Below are positions 25,029 to 31,685 of a stretch of 42,411 nucleotides of DNA, in pieces (positions within the stretch are counted from its first letter, which is position 1; the number at the start of each line of letters is the position of its first letter). Origin of the DNA: Candidatus Eiseniibacteriota bacterium (GTDB lineage Bacteria > Joyebacterota > Joyebacteria > Joyebacterales > Joyebacteraceae); assembly GCA_030639555.1 (NCBI GenBank), contig DAOWCM010000002.1, positions 1 through 42,411 on the forward strand, given 5' to 3'. A program made the position numbers and the translations under genes. Below the pieces are notes generated by a model. The model was not told the DNA's origin, searched no databases, and saw only the letters and a list, made by a program, of their open reading frames with translations.

Positions 25029-25965
25029 CCTCTTCGGCCTCCTCGCGGAAATAGGCGTACGTCGGCACGCTGGACCACTGGATCTCGAGCGGGTAGCCGG
25101 GCCATACGTTCGCATCGCAGCACGCGCCGTATTCCGTCGCCAGCCGCTCCAGCTCCCGTTCGGCCATGCGCACGGCCGAGTCCTCGATCTCGTAGACGGC
25201 CGCCTCGAAGGGCGGGGTGTTCTCGATCACGAGAAACAGGTAGTGACTGTAGAGATCGCCCCCGTGGTGCTCGTGGATCGCGAGCCCGCCCCGCATGTAC
25301 AACTCCCGCTGACGGTGGTACCCGTAGTCGTAGGTCGCCCGCTCCCAGGCGTCTTTAGAGGCCGAGCGGGCGGTCTTGAGATCCGCCATCACGCCGCCCT
25401 TGCACAGCATATCGGGGCGGATCCGGCACCGAAGCTCTCCCCATGGCCCATCGACCCACAGCCCCGTGACCTCGGTCTCAACGACGCTCGTCGCGATGTC
25501 CCGTGCTACGCCGCCCCGGGCGTGGATCATGTCGCGGATCGTCATGCACGCGAATAGGTCGTCGGGCCGTAGCGGCTCGCGACCGGCAGCGCGCATCTCG
25601 GCGACCCGCCCTTTGTAGTCCTTCGTGTTCCGCCATCCCTGAGGGTGCCCGCCCACGCCCGGCTTCTCGGGGTCCGGGCCGTAGCGGCTTTCGAACGCCT
25701 CGCTCTCGCCGACGGCGCAGTGGATGGCCGATCCGAGCGTCTTGGCCGCCGACGGCTTCTCCTCGTCCGGATGCGTCATCTGCCAGCGGCAGTACGCGGC
25801 CGTCCGTCGCATGTCGCGGGCCCGCGAGTTCGTGAAGCCGGAGAGCTTGTGGTACAACCGCTCGTCGATTCCGCGGTGCCACCCGGCCTCCCACAGAAAC
25901 TCCCACCCGCCACCGGCCGCATCGAGCAGCCCGTCGATCGCCTGTCCCTCCGGTACGTCCGTCAT
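25018..25965 (-). CDS. RecE-like PD-(D/E)XK exonuclease (DUF3799-type, 315 aa)
   Basis: GSAIHCAVGE ... ETEVTG ... RIRPDMLCKGGVMADLKTARSAS ... YDYGYHRQRELY matches the D...(D/E)xK plus Y..Q layout of RecE C-terminal-domain homologs. GGAG RBS. Confidence 0.7.
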   Translation of the reverse strand: MTDVPEGQAIDGLLDAAGGGWEFLWEAGWHRGIDERLYHKLSGFTNSRARDMRRTAAYCRWQMTHPDEEKPSAAKTLGSAIHCAVGESEAFESRYGPDPEKPGVGGHPQGWRNTKDYKGRVAEMRAAGREPLRPDDLFACMTIRDMIHARGGVARDIATSVVETEVTGLWVDGPWGELRCRIRPDMLCKGGVMADLKTARSASKDAWERATYDYGYHRQRELYMRGGLAIHEHHGGDLYSHYLFLVIENTPPFEAAVYEIEDSAVRMAERELERLATEYGACCDANVWPGYPLEIQWSSVPTYAYFREEAEEDAD

Positions 25966-26001
25966 CCCTTATCTCCTCTGGTGTATTGGTTGCCGATCAA
26001 C

Positions 26002-26077
26002 CGTCCCCGAAGCTCCTCAACCCCGGTTCTCGACTGCTCTCTTCCCGGAGTCGATAGCAGTGGGCACTTCGGGGACG
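26002..26077 (-). other. Long-range hairpin in the 5' leader of the exonuclease gene (perfect 11-bp stem)
   Basis: cgtccccgaag (26002-26012) is the exact reverse complement of cttcggggacg (26067-26077). An inner ACTGCT/AGCAGT pairing is also possible. Confidence 0.5.
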
Positions 26078-26098
26078 CTTGATCGATAACCTCCAAGA

Positions 26099-26134
26099 GG
26101 CCGCGCGGCGGAGGACCAGTCCCGCCGCGCGGCC
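26099..26134 (-). other. Perfect 13-bp GC-rich stem-loop (possible attenuator, terminator or processing site)
   Basis: ggccgcgcggcgg (26099-26111), a 10-nt loop, then ccgccgcgcggcc (26122-26134). Neither strand has a clear U-tract. Confidence 0.5.
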
Positions 26135-26303
26135 AGCGTGCGCGCACCGATAGAAATCGGGGAGCACATACGCGCACGCGAAGATCGAAAAGGGGGCGAC
26201 GTCCCGCACACAGATGCGTATCGTATCCCGAGGGCGCCGCCCCCCGGACCGCGACGGACCCAGCTGCCCGTATGCGCGATCCACTTCCCAACACACTACC
26301 CCC

Positions 26304-26519
26304 CTACACTACGTTGACATGCTCCGCCGTCCACCAGCTCTTGACACGGCAACCGTCGCCGCACATATAGTCCACGTACAGTTGCGGAGCTTCGTTGTCG
26401 TAGAACGCGATCCCCCGCACGATCCCGCGCTCATCGGCGCTGATCTGCACGTTGTCGCCGATTCCTATCGGCTTACCGTTCTTGTCTTGGACTGTAACTT
26501 TCTCCTGTGTTGCGTCCAT
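26304..26519 (-). CDS. Hypothetical protein (71 aa)
   Basis: GGAGGAAGG RBS. The composition is not GC-shadow-like (MDATQEKVTVQDKNGKPIGIGDNVQISADERGIVRGIAFYDNEAPQLYVDYM...). Confidence 0.5.
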   Translation of the reverse strand: MDATQEKVTVQDKNGKPIGIGDNVQISADERGIVRGIAFYDNEAPQLYVDYMCGDGCRVKSWWTAEHVNVV

Positions 26520-26537
26520 GCCTTCCTCCGTTGGTTG

Positions 26538-26846
26538 TTATCCCCCCGGTGCCGGATTCGTGTCGAAGTAGATAGTCGGCCACCCGGGCACGCTCACTGA
26601 GCGCACTTGATCGCAGCCGTGATCACCAGGAACAGGCTCCCCCAAGCGATCGTCCCTACCACGAGGACCACTATCGCAAGGCCGATCATGGTCCCTGCGT
26701 CGTGCTGCCTCGGCATTCAACTCCCTCCCTCGCTTGATTGCACACTCGATCTCGCAGTCCGCAGGCTCATACCCGATCACCGCGTGGCTGAGCCCAATGA
26801 CCCATCCGATCCCCACGAGCGCGGCCCCCGTGATCCAGCGCCTCAT
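26538..26846 (-). CDS. Possible membrane protein (102-aa ORF). Only the N-terminal half looks native.
   Basis: MRRWITGAALVGIGWVIGLSHAVIGY looks like a transmembrane segment. The C-terminal half (RGRDDRLGEPVPGDHG...) is junk-like and overlaps a hydrophobic mini-ORF in another frame. Confidence 0.3.
   Translation of the reverse strand: MRRWITGAALVGIGWVIGLSHAVIGYEPADCEIECAIKRGRELNAEAARRRDHDRPCDSGPRGRDDRLGEPVPGDHGCDQVRSVSVPGWPTIYFDTNPAPGG
26594..26689 (-). CDS. Possible 31-aa hydrophobic peptide (MIGLAIVVLVVGTIAWGSLFLVITAAIKCAQ)
   Basis: Found by hand translation; it is too short for the ORF track. An AGGGA lies 4 nt upstream. It is almost entirely a transmembrane helix. Confidence 0.25.
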   Translation of the reverse strand: MIGLAIVVLVVGTIAWGSLFLVITAAIKCAQ

Positions 26847-27373
26847 CGTGATGCCCGCCTACAGTGACCCATCTGGTGATACGCCAAGCACACACCAAGC
26901 AGGGCGCCTTGCCGCTGCGCGTCCGAACACCCATTGCTCGAGAAGCAGCAGCTCGCGCACTGTCCGGCGCTCTCCTTGAATGCGATACACCGCCCCTCGC
27001 CTGCGGCCTCGATACTGTCGTCGGTGCAGTCCTCGTCGATGAACACGCACCGCTGGCACTGCTCTGCGGCCTCAGCCCACGGAGGCTCCGGCGGCTCGCC
27101 CTTGGCCCGAAAGAGCTTCTGTACGGCGCCGTAGAACGCCCGATCGATCACGGCCGCGCAGACCGGGCACACGTAGCGCGGCATCCCCCCCTCCGGCGGA
27201 CGCGCCTCGGAGAGCATCCGCGCCGGGCAGCGGTCCAAGCACAGCCCGCATTCGGCGAACGGCTCGGGCGCCCCCGGCGACTCGCATGCCCGCAAGAGCC
27301 ATCCGCGCGCATCCTCATCCCGCCCCGCCCGTAGGCAGTGGTTAGCCTCGTTCACGCACTCAGCGAACGTCAT
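26843..27373 (-). CDS. Cys-rich protein (176 aa, 18 Cys, four CxxC pairs); probable multi-zinc-binding protein
   Basis: The ATG at 27373 overlaps the upstream stop (ATGA). CxxC pairs: CGLC, CPVC, CQRC, CASC. The remaining N-terminal part of ORF 26843..28144 is junk in another gene's shadow. Confidence 0.55.
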   Translation of the reverse strand: MTFAECVNEANHCLRAGRDEDARGWLLRACESPGAPEPFAECGLCLDRCPARMLSEARPPEGGMPRYVCPVCAAVIDRAFYGAVQKLFRAKGEPPEPPWAEAAEQCQRCVFIDEDCTDDSIEAAGEGRCIAFKESAGQCASCCFSSNGCSDAQRQGALLGVCLAYHQMGHCRRASR

Positions 27374-28008
27374 CACCACGTCTCCCCTCTGGTAGCTTCC
27401 AGACTCGCCGCAAACAGCGCCTCCTCTTTCGCCGCCAGCCGCACCTCGACGCGTCTCTGTGCGAGCATAAACTCGGGCGGCAGTTCGATCCCCTCGCGCC
27501 GGCACCACTCGACCCACCGATCGGCCATGTCCGCCGGCCAGCGCTGGAGGTCCGATCCCGACCAGACGACGCGGCGCCTCCGGAACCGCGCGGCCATCTC
27601 TTGGCGCGCGCCGAACCCGTTCTGCGCCCCAATGAGATGGAGGAACACTTGGACGAACTCCTGCCCGTGGGAGGCGCAGAAGCGCGACCAGCGGCGGCGT
27701 ACCATGATCAGATGCGCGAGCTCGTGGAGTACGATCTGCTCGTGGCGCGCCCAGCGCGGGACGTGGAGGGCGAAGGCGCCTACGGTTCGCGCCCGCCTGG
27801 AGCCACGGCCGTCGTGTACCTCTATCTCCGCCAGATCGAGCAGAGGATGAGGCCGCACGAGCCAGTCCTTCGCCATGACCTCCGTGCAGTACCGCTGGAC
27901 AGCGGCCAGCGACTCGAAGGGACGGCCCTTCTCGCCGTCGTCCTCGGCGTCGTAGACGCGCTCCTTCTGCCAATCGCGTAGGGGCTTGACGCCATTCGGG
28001 AGCGTCAT
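27373..28008 (-). CDS. SprT-like / HExxH zinc metallopeptidase-like protein (211 aa)
   Basis: HEQIVLHELAHLIMV...CASHGQEFVQVF gives HExxH plus a downstream His, as in SprT-type domains. ATGA overlaps at both ends. Confidence 0.55.
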   Translation of the reverse strand: MTLPNGVKPLRDWQKERVYDAEDDGEKGRPFESLAAVQRYCTEVMAKDWLVRPHPLLDLAEIEVHDGRGSRRARTVGAFALHVPRWARHEQIVLHELAHLIMVRRRWSRFCASHGQEFVQVFLHLIGAQNGFGARQEMAARFRRRRVVWSGSDLQRWPADMADRWVEWCRREGIELPPEFMLAQRRVEVRLAAKEEALFAASLEATRGETW

Positions 28009-28355
28009 CGCTGCTTCCTTTCGGCGGCATGCCACGTGTAGTGGCATTTCGGACACAGCCACTCAACATCGAGTAGATGCTCCGGCGTATAGCTGCGGTG
28101 ATGCCCGTGAATCCGGCTCCGGGCCGGCTGTCCGCAGTTTTCACACAGCTCAGGGCGGATCAGCGTACCCGCCCGAACCGCACTGTGAACCGCGTATGCG
28201 GCTCGCGCGCGCTTGGCCCGGCTCGCGAGCACCCGCTGATCGATGCATTCTTGACAGAAACGCGCCTGCGGGGTGTGGGTCCCCCATCGGCCACACGATT
28301 CACAGTGGCGCCCTGCCCAGTTCCCGCTCTCCAATTGTCCGATCTCCGTCGCCAT
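28005..28355 (-). CDS. Zinc-finger / HNH-like protein (116 aa), first gene of the early-left operon
   Basis: The internal ATG at 28355 starts MATEIGQLESGNW. CESCG...CQEC and CENCG...HGHHRSYTPEHLLDVEWLCPKCHYTWH resemble phage HNH-type (CxxC...HH...WLCxxCH) modules. Confidence 0.55.
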   Translation of the reverse strand: MATEIGQLESGNWAGRHCESCGRWGTHTPQARFCQECIDQRVLASRAKRARAAYAVHSAVRAGTLIRPELCENCGQPARSRIHGHHRSYTPEHLLDVEWLCPKCHYTWHAAERKQR

Positions 28356-28362
28356 GTGCGGA

Positions 28363-28390
28363 AATATACCATCACCTTCGGACAGCGCAA
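28363..28390 (-). promoter_or_regulatory. Candidate sigma70-like promoter for the early-left operon (TTGCGC-16 nt-TATATT), with the -10 element 7 nt from the ATG (leaderless)
   Basis: Reverse complement of 28353-28390 reads TTGCGCtgtccgaaggtgatggTATATTtccgcacATG. Confidence 0.5.
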
Positions 28391-28435
28391 GGCAAATCTT
28401 GACCGGATTGTGCGAAATTCTTACGGCGGATCCTG

Positions 28436-28463
28436 TTGCGTGGCTTCTCATCCGGTGTATAAT
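28436..28463 (+). promoter_or_regulatory. Candidate sigma70-like promoter for the early-right operon (TTGCGT-16 nt-TATAAT), with the -10 element 7 nt from the ATG (leaderless)
   Basis: 28436-28473 reads TTGCGTggcttctcatccggtgTATAATcccgcacATG. There is no room for a Shine-Dalgarno leader. Confidence 0.55.
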
Positions 28464-28470
28464 CCCGCAC

Positions 28471-28689
28471 ATGACGTCTCGGGAAGCGGTGAAGCAAATC
28501 AGAGAGGCTGCCGACCTGACGCAAGATGCGTTCGGAGCGAGCATCGATATCAGCGGTCGGCGTGTGTGCCACGTGGAACGTGAGGGCGGCACCTTCCGCC
28601 CGGCGGTACTCGTGAAGCTCTGCGAGAAATACCGAAAGGAAATGGCGTCCCTTGGGATTACTCCGCTCGACTTCTATCGATCAGACTGA
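28471..28689 (+). CDS. Small XRE/Cro-type helix-turn-helix regulator (72 aa)
   Basis: MTSREAVKQIREAADLTQDAFGASIDISGRRVCHVEREGG is a classic HTH_3-like layout (LTQ...G.S...v...E.G). Confidence 0.7.
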   Translation: MTSREAVKQIREAADLTQDAFGASIDISGRRVCHVEREGGTFRPAVLVKLCEKYRKEMASLGITPLDFYRSD

Positions 28690-28821
28690 TATGCGCGAAG
28701 ACGCTGGAGAATCCGAGCAGGGCCTCTCGCTGCGCGACTTCGTGACGGCGCCACGACCGGGCCGCCTATGATCCACGTCATATAGCCGGGTCCGAGGGCC
28801 CAATACTAAGAAGGGGATCAC

Positions 28822-29241
28822 ATGGGGATTTCTTCGTTGGAGGATGTCCGCAAGTTCGAGCAGCCATTGCGCTGTGAGCTCACCGATGGGGAGGTCGCGC
28901 ACCACGCCTCCGAGGCCGCCGAGAAGCGGCAGCAGTGGAAGCGGCACACGCTCAGGGCGAAGGAGGCGGCGAAGAGCGCGAAGATCGAGATCGAAGGACT
29001 CGATCGGGAGATCAGCATCCACCTCCAGCGGGTCCGGGACCGCTGGGAGTACCGCGACGTCCCGTGCGAGGAGTGGTACGACCGCGAGGCCCGCGAGGTT
29101 GTGATCATCCGCACCGATACCGGGGTGGCCACCGACAGTCGCCCGGTGACCGACGAGGAGCGGCAGGGCCGCATCCCGGTCGCCACGGGCCCGCCGGCCC
29201 CGGATCAGGACGCGATCGATCGAAAGCCCGCCGGCTCGTAG
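28822..29241 (+). CDS. Hypothetical protein (139 aa), coiled-coil-like N-terminal half
   Basis: AAGAAGGGGA RBS. No recognised motif. Confidence 0.5.
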   Translation: MGISSLEDVRKFEQPLRCELTDGEVAHHASEAAEKRQQWKRHTLRAKEAAKSAKIEIEGLDREISIHLQRVRDRWEYRDVPCEEWYDREAREVVIIRTDTGVATDSRPVTDEERQGRIPVATGPPAPDQDAIDRKPAGS

Positions 29242-29278
29242 GGCCGGGCCCACCAAAGACGTAGAGGGGGGTGGGCGA

Positions 29279-30184
29279 TTGGCAACGCCCCGGAAGCGCT
29301 ACTACCGCCAGCCCGACTCGCTGCTGCGCGAGCCGTGGCCGCGCGACGTCAAGCTCGTCTCCGTCCTACTCCAGTGCCACATGAACACGCGGCGCGCCCG
29401 CGATGGGATTCCCGACGCCGAGTCCGGCCGGGTCGTCCTCTCGCCGGCCGATCTGAAGGCCATCACGGGCAAGTCCTGGCTCAGTTCGGGTCGAAAGTTG
29501 CTCGAAACTTGGTCGAAACTTGTCACAGTTTCACTCAAGTTTGATCGAGAATTTACCGAAGTTGACTGGCCTAAGTGGCCGGAATACCAGACTTACCATG
29601 CCCGAAACTCGGCCCGAGTTGAGCCCCCCCCGGCTCCGGTCTCCGACTCCGTAAAGAACAAGGGAAAAGCAACCCTGGGGGAGACGAAGAAACGGAGGTC
29701 CCCGAAGCCCCCCACGGCGGACGGCTACGCCGCCGCTGACATGCTGGGAGCGAAGCTCACGGAGCGCCACCCCGGGACTTCAGTGCGCCGCACGGCATGG
29801 GCCCGAGAGGCAGACAAGATCGACGCGCCGCACGTCGAGATCCTCGCGACCATCGAGTGGCTCTTCTCGACCCGGAACACGAACGCCGAGTACCCGTTCG
29901 TCGTCGCCAGTGGCAAGGCGCTCCGCGACAAGTGGCCGAATATCCGCGAGCGCATGGGCAAGGGAAAGAAGCCCCGGAGCCAAGCTACACCAGCCGCGCC
30001 GAGCTTCGAGCAGCCGGAAGGACCGGCCGCTACACCCGCGGAGATCCGCGCGAACCACAAGGCCGAGCTCGCGGGCCTCGATCATTTGGTCGCCAGCGGT
30101 ACGAAGCTGACGCCCTATCAAGTCAACCGACTACGCTCGCTGCGCAAGATGCTCGGCGAGAAACCAGAGGGAGAATCCACATGA
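29279..30184 (+). CDS. Hypothetical protein (301 aa); possibly a replication organizer/initiator-like winged-helix protein. TTG start as given in the ORF track.
   Basis: Its position in the early-right operon and the ...ILATIEWLFSTRNTNAEYPFVVASGKALRDKWPNIRERM segment loosely recall phage replication-organizer C-terminal regions. This is weak. Confidence 0.4.
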   Translation: MATPRKRYYRQPDSLLREPWPRDVKLVSVLLQCHMNTRRARDGIPDAESGRVVLSPADLKAITGKSWLSSGRKLLETWSKLVTVSLKFDREFTEVDWPKWPEYQTYHARNSARVEPPPAPVSDSVKNKGKATLGETKKRRSPKPPTADGYAAADMLGAKLTERHPGTSVRRTAWAREADKIDAPHVEILATIEWLFSTRNTNAEYPFVVASGKALRDKWPNIRERMGKGKKPRSQATPAAPSFEQPEGPAATPAEIRANHKAELAGLDHLVASGTKLTPYQVNRLRSLRKMLGEKPEGEST

Positions 30185-30486
30185 CGGGACAAAGCTCACC
30201 GGGAGCGAAGATCACAGCTACGCGCTTCCGATGCTTTAATTGCGAGGCGCCAACCTACTCCGCACACCCAGATCGACTTCCGCGCTTCATTGGAACCGAC
30301 GAGATCACGCGCACCGACACGGGGGTGCTCCTCATGCACCTCGAAGAGGACGAGCAGACGCTCGGCGAATGGAGCGCGGTCGGTGACGCCGGCCCCGACG
30401 CCCGACCCGACTTCGCTCGGATCCTCGAGCACCTCGAGAAAGCCCGCCAGACGATCCGCACCCTACTCGGAGACGCGCCGCTATGA
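30181..30486 (+). CDS. Hypothetical protein (101 aa)
   Basis: The ATG at 30181 overlaps the upstream stop (ATGA). Sequence: MTGQSSPGAKITATRFRCFNCEAPTY... Confidence 0.45.
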   Translation: MTGQSSPGAKITATRFRCFNCEAPTYSAHPDRLPRFIGTDEITRTDTGVLLMHLEEDEQTLGEWSAVGDAGPDARPDFARILEHLEKARQTIRTLLGDAPL

Positions 30487-30962
30487 CGGCCCCGGCGCCC
30501 GAGATCTGGAACGACAAGCGGGGTTACTTCGAGAGCACGACCGAGCAGTACACGGACCGGACCTGGAAGGGCGGAAAGCCTCCACCCGACCTATCGCGGA
30601 TCCGAAAGCCCACGCGCGGCCACAAGTTCGGCCCGTACCTGATCTGTGAGTGCGGCCGCTCGTGGTTCGATGACCAAGCCGAGCCCGTACGCTGCGGATA
30701 CCAGTGGGGGCAGAACTGCGAGCGGGAGGAATCGATCTCGGCGCTCTGCCGCCAGCAGGGGATCACGCGCGGCCGGATCGCGCAGGCATCGGGTGTCTCG
30801 ACCCGCCTCGTTCAACTCGTGTTCGCAGGCGCCGATTCATCAGCCAACCGCGTCGCGGCCGAGACCGTCGCTCGCGTCCTCGAAACTGCCGTCACGCTAC
30901 TCTACGAGGCGGGCGTAGAGGTGCCCCGCAATGGGAATGCCGAAGTACAAGCGGTCGGTTGA
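30483..30962 (+). CDS. Hypothetical protein (159 aa) with a probable C-terminal HTH
   Basis: ATGA overlap with the upstream gene. ISALCRQQGITRGRIAQASGVSTRLVQLVFAG looks like an HTH. Confidence 0.45.
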   Translation: MTAPAPEIWNDKRGYFESTTEQYTDRTWKGGKPPPDLSRIRKPTRGHKFGPYLICECGRSWFDDQAEPVRCGYQWGQNCEREESISALCRQQGITRGRIAQASGVSTRLVQLVFAGADSSANRVAAETVARVLETAVTLLYEAGVEVPRNGNAEVQAVG

Positions 30963-31224
30963 CAAGAACCAGAAGGAGATCGTCCGGCGGCTGAACCGCG
31001 TGCCGGGTGTCGTGGCGATCGTAATCAGCCAACCCCTCGATCTCCTCGTCGGATGGCGAGGCGTCAACTACCTGATCGAGATCAAGAATCCCGACGAGTA
31101 TTGGGAGTACACGGACGCCCAGATCCACTTCCGGACCCACTGGACCGGGCAGTTCGCGACCTGCACGGACTTCGAACAGATCCTCGAGCTACTCGGGATC
31201 ACACCACCACAGGAGGGAACATGA
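30931..31224 (+). CDS. VRR-NUC-like PD-(D/E)XK nuclease (97 aa)
   Basis: NQKEIVRRL...PLDLLVGWRGVNYLIEIKNP...YTDAQIHF gives the D...ExK core plus a downstream Q, as in VRR-NUC domains. Confidence 0.55.
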   Translation: MGMPKYKRSVDKNQKEIVRRLNRVPGVVAIVISQPLDLLVGWRGVNYLIEIKNPDEYWEYTDAQIHFRTHWTGQFATCTDFEQILELLGITPPQEGT

Positions 31225-31388
31225 TCGAAGACGTGAGAATCTCGAAGCTTCACGACCTCAGCGGGCAGTGGCTCGTGTCGATGTGGCGAGGAAAGCAAAT
31301 CGAAAAGCTCTATTTCCGGACGCGGGCGGCGGCCCTCAAGGTGCTGCGCCAGATCACGCGCGAGATGGGCGACGAGCCCGAGGACTGA
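31221..31388 (+). CDS. Hypothetical protein (55 aa), last gene of the early-right operon
   Basis: ATGA overlap and an AGGAGGG RBS. Sequence: MIEDVRISKLHDLSGQWLVSMWRGKQIEKLYFRTRAAALKVLRQITREMGDEPED. Confidence 0.4.
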   Translation: MIEDVRISKLHDLSGQWLVSMWRGKQIEKLYFRTRAAALKVLRQITREMGDEPED

Positions 31389-31417
31389 TCCCCGGTAATC
31401 CCCCCGACATCTGAGAA

Positions 31418-31517
31418 ATACCGGGGGTCCTTAACGTGTGGATTCTGTGAAGGTTTTTGCTGTCTGTCAGTGAGACCCCCGGTATCTCGAAGGTCAAGTG
31501 GGGAAAATACCGGGGGT
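31418..31517. promoter_or_regulatory. ATACCGGGGGT repeat set (two direct copies, one inverted) in the 297-bp intergenic region before the late/packaging genes
   Basis: ataccgggggtc at 31418-31429, gacccccggtat (inverted) at 31474-31485, ataccgggggt at 31507-31517. A degenerate cccggtaat lies at 31391-31399. The region is locally AT-richer. Confidence 0.6.
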
Positions 31518-31685
31518 TTCGGTCTGATCCCTGCGTATTTATTCCCCCACACTCTGCGTTTCCTGTACAAGTTCGCGAGAATCTGTATCCTCCTCACACG
31601 AGATCCCCTCTGGTAGGCCCCGGGGGAGCGTACCTGACCGCCCTCCGGGGTCATCTGGCGGGGCCACGCACAGGAGGGGGACGCC

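Noticed and set aside
25962-26296. ORFs of 64-110 aa in the gap upstream of the exonuclease gene
   Set aside because: The translations are Arg/Gly/Pro-rich with no RBS or coupling. The DNA instead shows strong inverted repeats, so I treated it as structured non-coding sequence.
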